Below are positions 41,657-51,164 of a stretch of DNA of 60,271 bases, in pieces. Position 1 is the first letter of the stretch, and every line of letters begins with the position of its first letter. Source of the stretch: a virus; IMG/VR virus record IMGVR_UViG_3300044825_000512, positions 1 to 60,271 of that record. One strand, written 5' to 3'. Below the pieces are notes generated by a model, which was not told the DNA's origin, ran no database searches, and saw only the letters and a list, made by a program, of their open reading frames with translations. The translations under genes were made by a program, and so were the position numbers.

Positions 41657-42022
41657 ATGACAGATTTACGCGCCAAGATATTTGAGGCTGACGACATTAC
41701 GAAGGAACTATTGGAAGTCCCTGAATGGGGAGTAACAGTAGAGATTCGTTCGATGACGGCAGGACAAAGAGCAACACTTACTGAAGGAATTAGTTCCACA
41801 ACAGATAAAGTGGATGTTTCAAATATGTACGCCAAAACTGTAATCGCAACCGTGTTCGACCCTGAAACGGGTCTACCAATTTTTACGGACAAAGACCGTG
41901 AAGCCATCCTTTCAAAGAACGGCGCTGTAATTGAGCGCCTTGCTACAAAGGCTCTTGGAAGTTCAGGTCTAAGTGAGAAGGCGGTAGACCAAGCACAGGC
42001 TCGATTTCCTCAAGAATCCTGA
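41657..42022 (+). CDS. Tail assembly chaperone (gpG-like)
   Basis: 121 aa, directly upstream of the tape-measure gene. A downstream overlapping ORF has no start codon of its own. Confidence 0.75.
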   Translation: MTDLRAKIFEADDITKELLEVPEWGVTVEIRSMTAGQRATLTEGISSTTDKVDVSNMYAKTVIATVFDPETGLPIFTDKDREAILSKNGAVIERLATKALGSSGLSEKAVDQAQARFPQES

Positions 42023-42200
42023 GAAACGGTTTCTTTTCGAGTTAGCAGAAAAGTTAGGACGGACGGTGGGAGAACTTCTTTACGGAAGTAAATCCCACCG
42101 CCCTCTTAGCAGTATGGAATTGACAGAGTGGAACGCGTTTTACATCTTGAAAGAAAAAGAACGCGAGAAAGCCGAGAGAAGAGCAAAGGCTAGGAGATAA
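42006..42200 (+). CDS. Frameshift extension of the tail assembly chaperone (gpT-like part), +1 frame
   Basis: The +1 frame is open from 41988 and ends at TAA 42198..42200, abutting the tape-measure ATG. It reads ...EKRFLFELAEKLGRTVGELLYGSKSHRPLSSMELTEWNAFYILKEKEREKAERRAKARR. Confidence 0.6.
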   Translation, partial: FLKNPEKRFLFELAEKLGRTVGELLYGSKSHRPLSSMELTEWNAFYILKEKEREKAERRAKARR

Positions 42201-45200
42201 ATGGCTGAATCACCAACCATGGAAGTCCGCGCTCGGTTATCGGCGGACTCAGCCCAGTTCACTCAAGGCATGGATAAAGCCGTAAAATCGGCTAACGAAT
42301 TCCAACAAGCCTCTTCAAAATTACAAAGTTCGCTGACTGCCATTGGCGTTGCTTCAGGCGCGGCAATGGCAGGTCTTATCGCTTTCGGAATGAAATCATT
42401 CAAAGCGGCCGCAGAGGTTGAGCGTTTAGATTTAGCACTTCAAGCAGTTGGGGCATCAAGCGGTAAAGGATATGAAACTCTCAAAAGCGCATCTGACGCC
42501 ATGCGAGAAGTTGGTATCCAAGCGGCGGTTGCTCAAAAGACAACACTCAAATTCGCTCAATCAAATATAGATTTATCAAAGTCCGCTGACCTTGCGAGAG
42601 TTGCTCAAGACTTATCCGTAGCATCATCAATGAGCGCAGAGGAAGCGCTTCAAGCGGTGACCTTTGCTATTACAACTGGCAATACAAGAATCCTTCGTCA
42701 AGTAGGTATCACAACAGGCGCTACCGAAGCCTACGACAGATACGCGGCGACTCTTGGAAAAACTGGTTCACAACTAAACATGACCGAACGGCGTCAGGCT
42801 GTTCTCAATCTTGTTACAAAAGAAGGCGCTAAAGCGGCGGGCGCTTATGCTTTGGCTTTACAGTCTCCAGCAAAGTTAGTAACTCTCTTTGGCGACCTAC
42901 ACAATGAGTTACAAGTTTCTATGGGTATGGCTCTTGTCAAGGGCTTTGGACCAATCATCAAGTCCGCATTTAGATTTGAACAAACACTTGTCAAAGCAGT
43001 TGGCTCAGGCGGAAAACTTGAAGTTATTGTTGAAGCCTTACAAAAAGTCTTTGTAAAACTAACTGAACCTATTGCTAAAGCAATAGATAAATTTAGTGAT
43101 TTCATGGATAGTTTAGATTTGACTGGCAAGGGCGTCAATGACATTGCTGGAACAATAGAAAAAGTTCTCCCAGTCATTGCTATGTTTGGAACTTATTTTG
43201 CTACTAAAGCAAGTAAACCTATTTTTGGAAGTGTTCCTATTTTTGGCAAATTATTAGAAAAAATCAATCCAATAGGTGCGGCTTTTGTTGCTATGGCAAT
43301 GACATCAACTCAAGTTCAATCTGCTATTGGAAGATTACTTACCGCGCTAAAACCACTTCTTTCGGTTGGGCAAAGCGTAAGCGATATTTTTGGCAAAGTT
43401 ATGGCAGTAGCAGTTTCTATTGTTGCCAAGGCTATCGATTTATTAGCAACAGCAGTTAGTAAAATAATTGGATTTTTTCAAAAATATAAAACAGTTGCTT
43501 ATGTTCTAGTTGGAGCAATCGCGGCTGTCACCGCAGGAATCATTGCTTACAAAATTCAAACAGGTTTATCTACCGTAATCACAAATCTAAAAACTGGCGC
43601 AACTGAAAGACTCAACGCGGCTATGTTGGTTTTGAAAAGCACGGTATTTCTTTATGTAGTTGCCTTGGTTGCTCTCGTAGCGGCGTTTGTCTATGCGTGG
43701 AAGAACAGCGAAACTTTCCGTGAAGTATTTACAAATGTATTCAATACAGTTGCTCAAGTAGTTGGAACGGCTTTATCTTTTGTTTTGACCGCTTTAGGTA
43801 ACTTGATGATTGCCTTTGGACAAACAATCAGTCCAGCCACCTCCTTTGGTCAAACTCTTATTAGCGTAGTTCAATTTATTTATCAGGCTTATGTCACCGC
43901 AGTTCAAGGAATCATCAAGGGTCTCATCATGTTCTTGAGCGCTTTGCGCTATGTAATGAGCGGACAGACAGCCTTTGGCAAAGTAGTCCGAGCAGTTCTG
44001 AACTTTGTATTCAAAGCCTTCGCAACCGTTGTTGGTGGAATCCTCAAGTTCATCGGATTTTTCCTTGAGGGTCTAGGTATGTTGCTTGATACTCATGGAA
44101 TTGTTGGCAAAGTAATTGGAATGATTCTTGATTTCTTATGGAAAACTTTTGCTACGGTTATTGGCGGAATTATCAAATTTATTGGTATCTTCATTGAATT
44201 CCTTGGCAATCTGTTAGACACAAACAACATTGTCGGTATGACCATTGCCAAGATTCTTGACTTCTTGATTGATGCTTTTGCTACCGTGTTTGGCGGTATC
44301 TTCAAATACATAGGAACTTTTATTGGTTTCTTAGGCGACCTGCTTGATAGCAATTCTTTTGTCGGTAAAGCCATTGCCAAAATTATCAATTTTATTGCTC
44401 AAGTTTATTTTACTTTAGTTGAAAAAGTAAGTGGATTCTTAGCAAAAATTATTGGGGCTTTAGTTGATTGGGTAAAAGGAAATCGTCAATCTTTAGAAAT
44501 TGCCATAGATTTATTCAATAACTTTGCTGAAGGAGTTGGCAAGGCTCTTGCGTTTATTCCGCAAATTCTTGGGCAAACACTTCAACAAGTTGGTAATTGG
44601 TTGAATTCTATTGCTAAATTAGTAGCAGACAAAGTTCAGGGTATTGCTGACAAATTGCGTAGCAATCCTCTGACTATGGTACTTGCTGGTCCAGTTGAGG
44701 CATTGGCAACAGGAATAAGAAAGTTGGGCGAAACGGCTCAGAAAACTTCTGAAACAATTTCTAAACCATTTATTACTTTTGCTTCAAAAATAACAGGGGC
44801 AACAAAACAAATTATTTCTGATGGAGCATTAGGCGGTTTGATTTCTAAATTAGAAACAACCCGTAATGCTTTAGTTGCTGTTAGCAAAACCGCAAGCGGA
44901 TTGAAAGAAAAAGAATTTGGAACTGATTTAGTCAATTTCATTTCAGGTGGTCTAAAAAAGATTGGCGACACTTCAAAGAAAATTGGCGACACAATCCTCG
45001 AAGTAACCAAAGTTCCCATTGCTGAAGGATTAGTTCAGGCTATTTCCGACGCCCTTACCTCAGTTGGTGGCTTTGCGAAGAAGGCTGGAGAAACAGTTTT
45101 AGAGGCTGGCGACATCAAGATGGGTACTGAGTTAGTTCAGTTGTTATCCGATGCCTCAAAGATTATTGGTGGAGCAGTAAGTAAGGTCGGTTCGTTTGTA

Positions 45201-46241
45201 ACCGAACTAAAACAGTTTGAGGTTGGCGATATTCTCGGTGACCTTGTTGAAAATGTAGTTGATTTTGCTATTCCTAAGTTGGAGCAACTTTACAATGTTC
45301 TTGAAGGAATCAAGGATGTAGAGGTTGGTAAGTTCCTCGTTGAGAATCTCAGCGAGATGAGCATTATGGCTGGCGAAAAAATTCTTGCTTTTGCGAGCGC
45401 AGTCAAATCATTTACAACTGGAAATGTTCTTGGGAAATTTACCGATGCTTTTGGAAGTTTGGCAGATGAACTCAAGAAGGGTCTTGGCTTTGGAGATATT
45501 CTTGCTGAAGAAGCAAAGAAGGCAGAAGCCCTAGCCAACGCAAACGCGGCTGATGATGATGCGGCAAACGCAATCCAAGACCGTGCCGATTTGATGAAAA
45601 AAATCCGCGAGGCTATGACGGCAGGTATTGAGTCAATGCGCGATGTCCTCACAGATTTACAAGATGCGGCTAAACAGTTTGCTGATTCACTAAAGGACAC
45701 AATCCTAAGTTTTGCTGGTCTCAAGGGAGTTGAATTACCTGATGGATTTATTCCAAAGGCTAAATCACTTATCGAGAATATGCGTATGCGTTTGGATAAA
45801 AGCCAACAATTCGCTAATCAGATTCTTACTCTTCAAGGATTAGGACTTGATGCTAAAGCAATTCAAGACCTTGTTGAAGAGGGACCAATCAAGGGCGCTC
45901 AACTTGCGGCGTCAATTCTTGGTGGCGGTGCCGAGGCTATTGCTCAAATCAACGAACTACAAAAGCAGATTAGTTTCACAGGTGCGGCGATTGGTATGTA
46001 CGGTTCTGAAGCGGCGTTTGGTGCCAAGATTGCTAACGCTCAAATGAATCTTGCTGAAGTTACTGACGCTTCTATGGGAGTTCGTGGCTTGGCTGGAAAC
46101 AACATTGTTATTGAGCAGGGCGCCTTTGTTGTCAATGTTGATACAACTGGATTGAATACAGTTGATGAAAAGGCTGACCTCATCACACAAAGAATTCAAG
46201 AGACATTCGCTATCTTGGCAAAGGAGTTGGCTAACAGATAA
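42201..46241 (+). CDS. Tape measure protein
   Basis: 1346 aa. Helical and hydrophobic repeats, and its position after the chaperone pair. Confidence 0.95.
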   Translation: MAESPTMEVRARLSADSAQFTQGMDKAVKSANEFQQASSKLQSSLTAIGVASGAAMAGLIAFGMKSFKAAAEVERLDLALQAVGASSGKGYETLKSASDAMREVGIQAAVAQKTTLKFAQSNIDLSKSADLARVAQDLSVASSMSAEEALQAVTFAITTGNTRILRQVGITTGATEAYDRYAATLGKTGSQLNMTERRQAVLNLVTKEGAKAAGAYALALQSPAKLVTLFGDLHNELQVSMGMALVKGFGPIIKSAFRFEQTLVKAVGSGGKLEVIVEALQKVFVKLTEPIAKAIDKFSDFMDSLDLTGKGVNDIAGTIEKVLPVIAMFGTYFATKASKPIFGSVPIFGKLLEKINPIGAAFVAMAMTSTQVQSAIGRLLTALKPLLSVGQSVSDIFGKVMAVAVSIVAKAIDLLATAVSKIIGFFQKYKTVAYVLVGAIAAVTAGIIAYKIQTGLSTVITNLKTGATERLNAAMLVLKSTVFLYVVALVALVAAFVYAWKNSETFREVFTNVFNTVAQVVGTALSFVLTALGNLMIAFGQTISPATSFGQTLISVVQFIYQAYVTAVQGIIKGLIMFLSALRYVMSGQTAFGKVVRAVLNFVFKAFATVVGGILKFIGFFLEGLGMLLDTHGIVGKVIGMILDFLWKTFATVIGGIIKFIGIFIEFLGNLLDTNNIVGMTIAKILDFLIDAFATVFGGIFKYIGTFIGFLGDLLDSNSFVGKAIAKIINFIAQVYFTLVEKVSGFLAKIIGALVDWVKGNRQSLEIAIDLFNNFAEGVGKALAFIPQILGQTLQQVGNWLNSIAKLVADKVQGIADKLRSNPLTMVLAGPVEALATGIRKLGETAQKTSETISKPFITFASKITGATKQIISDGALGGLISKLETTRNALVAVSKTASGLKEKEFGTDLVNFISGGLKKIGDTSKKIGDTILEVTKVPIAEGLVQAISDALTSVGGFAKKAGETVLEAGDIKMGTELVQLLSDASKIIGGAVSKVGSFVTELKQFEVGDILGDLVENVVDFAIPKLEQLYNVLEGIKDVEVGKFLVENLSEMSIMAGEKILAFASAVKSFTTGNVLGKFTDAFGSLADELKKGLGFGDILAEEAKKAEALANANAADDDAANAIQDRADLMKKIREAMTAGIESMRDVLTDLQDAAKQFADSLKDTILSFAGLKGVELPDGFIPKAKSLIENMRMRLDKSQQFANQILTLQGLGLDAKAIQDLVEEGPIKGAQLAASILGGGAEAIAQINELQKQISFTGAAIGMYGSEAAFGAKIANAQMNLAEVTDASMGVRGLAGNNIVIEQGAFVVNVDTTGLNTVDEKADLITQRIQETFAILAKELANR
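43980..44366 (+). repeat. Three tandem 129-nt (43-aa) coding repeats inside the tape measure gene, plus a partial fourth
   Basis: Units beginning KVVRAVLNFVFKAFATVVGGILKFIGFFLEGLGMLLDTHGIVG, KVIGMILDFLWKTFATVIGGIIKFIGIFIEFLGNLLDTNNIVG and MTIAKILDFLIDAFATVFGGIFKYIGTFIGFLGDLLDSNSFVG. Confidence 0.85.
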
Positions 46242-47812
46242 TGGCTACCTACACACTTCGCCCCAACGCTAACTGGAACAACGCCTCGGCTTTTACAATC
46301 TCAGGTGGTTCAGGTTCAGTTCATGCGGCGCTCGCCGATAGTTCAGACTCCACATACATAACCCGTACCAGCACAACAGTTCCCGCTTCTTATGAGGCAG
46401 AGTTCGGAACACAAACTTTGCTCTCCACCGAGAAGGTTGAGTATGTCAATCTTCGCGCACGGGCAAGCATTGGTACAACTGGCAACATCCAGTTGAGCCT
46501 TGGAGTTATCACAGACCGCAATGGTCGTACCGTGAGTTACTCAGTCCCATATTCAAAGTCAAATACTTTGGCTACAACCACCCTTGATACAGCGCTCAAA
46601 CTTACAAGCGCTCCAAACGGTCAAGCATGGAGTCAAACCCTGATTGATAATCTTGTAGTCAAGTTCACCGATACAGCAACAGCAAGCGGTGACCGCGCTA
46701 ATCTTTATGAACTTTTTATTGATGTTGTTACAACCAATCAACCAAGCGTCACGGTAACAGCCCCAAGCGGAACCATTACAGATACAACATTTCCTTCAAT
46801 CACTTGGACTTATTCAGACGCAGATGGTGATGCTCAGAACGCTTATGAAATCAAAGTATTTGATTCCACAACTTACGGCGCAGGTACTTTCAGTCCTGAT
46901 ACATCTACGCCAACAGTTGAAACAGGAATAGTTACATCTAGCAACGACGGTCAAACTCTTGAAGCAGACTTAGCCGATGCGACAACTTATCGCGCTTATG
47001 TTCGAGTTGCTCAATTACTCAATGGTTCAAATTACTTTAGCAACTGGGCTTATAGTCAATTCACGATTGATGTTGATGCTCCAGCCACCCCATTGATTAC
47101 CGCGTTCTACGATAGCGATTTAGGCGCAGTCACTCTTACTGTCTTTGGTCGAACAAATGTTCTAAGTGCTAACCAAGCCTCTCTTGAAACAAATACAACT
47201 GGATGGGCGGCGGTTACAAATTGCGCGATTGCTCGTTCAACTGCTCAGGCTTCAACAGGTAGCGCCTCTCTTGAAATCACAGCGAGCGCGGCGGGTGATG
47301 TAGTTGCTTCAACAACCACAGCAACCAAGTTCACAGTCACCGCTAACCAAGAGTTCTCAGCGATTGCTGACTTCCGTGCTGGTACAACTTCTCGTACCGC
47401 TCAAGTTGGTATTCGTTATTTGAATTCAGCGGGTACAACAGTTTCAACAACTTACGGAACTGGAGTCACCGCAACAAGTTCGGCTTGGGTAACTGCTAAC
47501 GCCACAGTAGTTGCTCCTCCAACGGCTACCCACGCACAAGTATTTGTCAAAGTTACAAGCGCTGGTTCTGCTGAAGTTCACTATGTAGACAAGATTGCTT
47601 TCCACGCTGGAGATACTCCAGTTTGGACTCGCGGAGGTTTTAGTAATTTTATTTTCGATGTTGAGCGTTCAGATGATGCGGGTACAACTTACAGCGCAAT
47701 CCGCAATAGTCCCGCCACGGCTGATAGTTCACAAATTGCTCAAATCAATGACTACGAAGTTCCTCTTGATGAAACAATCAGGTATCGTGCGAAAGCGAGG
47801 GCTGACATCTAA
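46241..47812 (+). CDS. Minor tail protein with FN3-like and carbohydrate-binding-module-like domains
   Basis: 523 aa. FN3-like PSVTVTAPSGTITDTTFPSITWTYSDADGDAQNAYEIKVF. CBM4/9-like NQASLETNTTGWAAV...GSASLEITA...VHYVDKIAFH. Confidence 0.8.
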   Translation: MATYTLRPNANWNNASAFTISGGSGSVHAALADSSDSTYITRTSTTVPASYEAEFGTQTLLSTEKVEYVNLRARASIGTTGNIQLSLGVITDRNGRTVSYSVPYSKSNTLATTTLDTALKLTSAPNGQAWSQTLIDNLVVKFTDTATASGDRANLYELFIDVVTTNQPSVTVTAPSGTITDTTFPSITWTYSDADGDAQNAYEIKVFDSTTYGAGTFSPDTSTPTVETGIVTSSNDGQTLEADLADATTYRAYVRVAQLLNGSNYFSNWAYSQFTIDVDAPATPLITAFYDSDLGAVTLTVFGRTNVLSANQASLETNTTGWAAVTNCAIARSTAQASTGSASLEITASAAGDVVASTTTATKFTVTANQEFSAIADFRAGTTSRTAQVGIRYLNSAGTTVSTTYGTGVTATSSAWVTANATVVAPPTATHAQVFVKVTSAGSAEVHYVDKIAFHAGDTPVWTRGGFSNFIFDVERSDDAGTTYSAIRNSPATADSSQIAQINDYEVPLDETIRYRAKARADI

Positions 47813-48237
47813 TGGCAACCATTTCCTCGGGGTATACAACCTCTGAACCAATTCTTGTAGATAACCCTGCTACTTGGTCTTTTACCGCTCCTGAAAACCC
47901 TGACATCAAGGTAGTTGGAGTAACAGTTGAACAACCATTGAGTCAAAATATCGTTGAGGCTTACGGTGTGTTCAAACCACTTGGGGCTTCGAAGTCAGTT
48001 GTTATATCCCAATCAATCTATGGAGTTGATGGAACCTATCAGTTCACGGTTCAAGGTGAAACTGATTGGGACGAGTTGTATCCAGTTCTTACCTATCAAG
48101 GAACTCTTCATGTTCATGACCCATTAGGTCGTCAGAAATATGTTCGGTTTGTAGATAGAAACTGGACAGAATCAGGCAATATCAATAACTTGATTCGAGT
48201 CATCAAAGTCACCTACTTTGAAGTTGATGCGCCGTAA
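47812..48237 (+). CDS. Minor tail protein
   Basis: 141 aa, ATGG-coupled within the tail module. Confidence 0.7.
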   Translation: MATISSGYTTSEPILVDNPATWSFTAPENPDIKVVGVTVEQPLSQNIVEAYGVFKPLGASKSVVISQSIYGVDGTYQFTVQGETDWDELYPVLTYQGTLHVHDPLGRQKYVRFVDRNWTESGNINNLIRVIKVTYFEVDAP

Positions 48238-49355
48238 TGTATCCAGTTTCCGATTCCTTCAAAGAGACAGTTCGGAAATCCCATGTCACTAAGGTCAAGG
48301 TTGAAATCTATGACATGGCGAACGGAACGATTCTCAGTACAGCGCAACCGATTGCTGGCTCTGTAACTATCGATAACCGTCGTTCTATACGGCGTGAATG
48401 TACTCTTGAGTTTGTTGATATAGATGGAACTCTGACTCCACAAAATAATATCTCCGCAGTTCTTTTGCCTTACAACCGAGAAGTCAAAATTTACCGAGGC
48501 ATTGTTTTTCCTGATGGCACCGAGGAATTAGTTCCTCTTGGCGTCTTTGTTATTACAAGCGTTGATATTACCGATACCGCTCAAGGCATCAAGATTTCAA
48601 TAAAAGGTTCTGACCGCAGTTTGATTCTTGCTCGAGCCAAGTTCACAAACCATGAGTTCTTTATTGAGGATGCTACTCCTAAAGAAACAGCCATTGAACA
48701 GATTTTGAAATACCGTTACCCACAAGTCAAAACAATTTTTCCAGCAACGGGGCAAGTAACGACTTTGCTCTATCCAACTCTTGACCAGTCATCTGACCCA
48801 TGGCGTGAAGCGCTCAAGATTGCTGAGTCGGCTTCAATGGATTTATATTTTGATGAGAACGGAATTGCTCGCATGAGACCGATTCCTGACCCTGACCTTG
48901 GTACACCTTTAGAAACCTATACCGATGGCAATGAGTCTGTACTTATTCAAATCAATCGCTCATTGACTACGGATGAGTCATACAACGGAGTTATCTTTAC
49001 AGGCGAGGGAACCAACTTGAGCATCGGAGTTATTGGTGAGGCTTGGGATGATAACCCCGCGTCGCCCACCTATCGTAAAACTTATGGCGAAGTTCCCAAA
49101 TTCATGAGTTCTCCAGTTGTCTTGACTGTTGCTGAAGCCCAAGAAGCGGCGAAGGCTGAATTGAAAAAAGTTATCGGAGCGACAGAAAAAATCACATGGG
49201 ACCAGATTGTGAATCCTGCTCATGATGTTTACGACTTGGTAAAGGTGACTCGTACTCCGCTTGGAGTAGACAAGATTCTTATGCTTGATTCAATTTCAAT
49301 TCCTCTTGATGCCAAGGGTACGATGAACGCAGTCGGCAGAAGTAGGAGATTCTGA
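48237..49355 (+). CDS. Minor tail protein (baseplate hub/Tal-like, DUF5047-like N-terminus)
   Basis: 372 aa. The N-terminus YPVSDSFKETVRKSHVTKVKVEIYD...GSVTIDNRRSIRRECTLEF matches the actinophage minor tail family as I recall it. Confidence 0.7.
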   Translation: MYPVSDSFKETVRKSHVTKVKVEIYDMANGTILSTAQPIAGSVTIDNRRSIRRECTLEFVDIDGTLTPQNNISAVLLPYNREVKIYRGIVFPDGTEELVPLGVFVITSVDITDTAQGIKISIKGSDRSLILARAKFTNHEFFIEDATPKETAIEQILKYRYPQVKTIFPATGQVTTLLYPTLDQSSDPWREALKIAESASMDLYFDENGIARMRPIPDPDLGTPLETYTDGNESVLIQINRSLTTDESYNGVIFTGEGTNLSIGVIGEAWDDNPASPTYRKTYGEVPKFMSSPVVLTVAEAQEAAKAELKKVIGATEKITWDQIVNPAHDVYDLVKVTRTPLGVDKILMLDSISIPLDAKGTMNAVGRSRRF

Positions 49356-50026
49356 TGGATTTGAATTATCTTGTAACTCAAATCAAAGCCAACCCTCAAG
49401 GGTTGAGAGTTCGCCAAGGAAAAGTCGTAGTTGTAAATTCAGATAGAACTATGGATGTTCAAATTGCTGGCGATACAAACACATTGCCTTCAGTTCGATA
49501 CTTGAGCAACTATGCCCCAAAGCCTGATGACCAAGTTTGGCTTTTGAATAACGGCGCTGACTTGATGGGCTTTGGAATGATTGCTGGCGCTGACAGAACT
49601 TTGGCTCCTACGGCTTCTCGTTCAACTGCTCAAACAATCCCTACCGCAACTCAGACTAAAGTTCAGTTTGATGCTGTTGATTCGGATGGATGGAATTGTT
49701 GGGATTTGAGTCCCAACCCAACTCGCCTTACAGTCCCCCTGACTGGTCGCTACATCATCACAGGTAATGTGGCTTTTGAAGCGGCTAGTGCTGGACATCG
49801 CGCTATCAACATTTTGAAAAACAATACAGTTGAGTTGGCTCGCTCAGACTTCAATCCAGTATCTAACTCAATCGACACACACAGCACAGTTACTTGCCAC
49901 GCAGTTTCCCTAACCAAAGGAGAGTATGTAGAGTTACGCGTATGGCAAAACAGCGGAAGTGACTTGGACATCATGAACACGGGTGACCATAATCCAAAGA
50001 TGAGCCTTATCTACCTTGGTTCATGA
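49355..50026 (+). CDS. Tail fibre/receptor-binding protein with C1q/TNF-like C-terminal domain
   Basis: 223 aa. TAQTIPTATQTKVQFDAV...LTGRYIITGNVAFE...LTKGEYVELRVWQ. Last gene of the tail module. Confidence 0.7.
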   Translation: MDLNYLVTQIKANPQGLRVRQGKVVVVNSDRTMDVQIAGDTNTLPSVRYLSNYAPKPDDQVWLLNNGADLMGFGMIAGADRTLAPTASRSTAQTIPTATQTKVQFDAVDSDGWNCWDLSPNPTRLTVPLTGRYIITGNVAFEAASAGHRAINILKNNTVELARSDFNPVSNSIDTHSTVTCHAVSLTKGEYVELRVWQNSGSDLDIMNTGDHNPKMSLIYLGS

Positions 50027-50068
50027 AACCATAGGTTAGAATTTACCCACCTACTCTTAGGAGATGAA

Positions 50069-50350
50069 ATGAATAACAAACAAAAAGCAATGCTCGCTTC
50101 GTATGGACGGTCATTCCTAGCGGCAGTTACAACAGCGTTTATGATTACAGGCGGAGACATCTTCGCTCTCGATACAGATTCACTCAAGGCAATTTTAGCG
50201 GCGGGCGTTTCAGCCGTACTTCCAGTCGCACTCAGAGCGGCAAATCCAAACGACCCTGCTTTTGGCAAGGTAGCAGATGCGATTACCGCCTCAGTTACAA
50301 AAAAGATTACTACTCCAACTAAGAAGGCTTCGGTCAAGAAAAAGGCATAA
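50069..50350 (+). CDS. Holin-like membrane protein
   Basis: 93 aa with two hydrophobic helices and a Lys-rich tail. It is immediately upstream of the endolysin. Confidence 0.65.
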   Translation: MNNKQKAMLASYGRSFLAAVTTAFMITGGDIFALDTDSLKAILAAGVSAVLPVALRAANPNDPAFGKVADAITASVTKKITTPTKKASVKKKA

Positions 50351-50880
50351 TGACAATCGAAAAAGTTCTTGAAGCGGCGAAAGCCGAGGTAGATGCCAAG
50401 TTCCGCGAAGGTGCCAATAACGACACCAAGTTCGGAAAATGGTTTGGGATGAACAATCAACCTTGGTGCGCTATGTATGTTTCATGGTGCTTCAAAGAAG
50501 CAGGACTCTCTAACCTCATCGCGGCGCAGACCAAAAAAGGTTTTGCTTCTTGTGATGTTGGATTGAAGTGGTTCGCAAAGAAGGGTCAGATTGTTCCAGT
50601 CGGTCAGGCAAAGGCTGGAGACATTGCGTTCTTCCAGTTCGACGATGATGCCATGGCTGACCATGTTGGAATTGTTTTGAAGAATGACGGGAAGGGAACT
50701 CTTTGGGTCTATGAGGGAAATACCAGCGGTGACAACGCAGGAAGTCAATCTAATGGAGATGGCGCTTTCCTCAAGAAGAGAGCCTACAAACTCATCATGG
50801 GAGTTGCTCGTCCAGCATATCCATCATCTGAACCAGTTGCTAAGTCGGCTGACGAGGCAAAGGCGAAAGCGAAAAAATAA
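50350..50880 (+). CDS. Endolysin, CHAP-domain amidase/peptidase
   Basis: NNQPWCAMYVSWCF (Cys nucleophile) and GDIAFFQFDDDAMADHVGIV (His). Confidence 0.85.
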   Translation: MTIEKVLEAAKAEVDAKFREGANNDTKFGKWFGMNNQPWCAMYVSWCFKEAGLSNLIAAQTKKGFASCDVGLKWFAKKGQIVPVGQAKAGDIAFFQFDDDAMADHVGIVLKNDGKGTLWVYEGNTSGDNAGSQSNGDGAFLKKRAYKLIMGVARPAYPSSEPVAKSADEAKAKAKK

Positions 50881-51161
50881 TGGCAGAAGAGATTCAACCA
50901 ACTTTAGGAGAAGTTATGCGTCGGCTTGACGACCTCACAATGGAAGTCAAGCAGATGAACCTAAATGTGAGTCAGACCTATCTTCGCAAAGATGTCTATG
51001 ATTCAGATACGGAAAGAATCTCTCAAGCCATGGAACACATAACAGACCGTCTTGAAAAGATGGAGAGTCGCTCCGAGTGGGTCATTCGTACCGTCGGAGC
51101 GCTCTTCATTGCCACAGTTGTCGGTGCCTCCATGTATGTTGGACAAATCATCGGGTTGTAG
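50880..51161 (+). CDS. C-tail-anchored membrane protein (lysis accessory/holin-like)
   Basis: 93 aa. A coiled N-terminus, then the TM segment VIRTVGALFIATVVGASMYVGQIIGL. Confidence 0.6.
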   Translation: MAEEIQPTLGEVMRRLDDLTMEVKQMNLNVSQTYLRKDVYDSDTERISQAMEHITDRLEKMESRSEWVIRTVGALFIATVVGASMYVGQIIGL

Positions 51162-51164
51162 GGC

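Noticed and set aside
42845-45724. Minus-strand ORFs inside the tape measure gene (42845..43177, 44093..44389, 44738..45019, 45290..45724)
   Set aside because: They are antisense to a continuous 1346-codon ORF of typical tape-measure character, and their repeat-derived compositions are consistent with chance.
50011-50460. 149-aa minus-strand ORF across the holin and endolysin genes
   Set aside because: It is antisense to two well-supported lysis genes (CHAP catalytic motifs on the plus strand).
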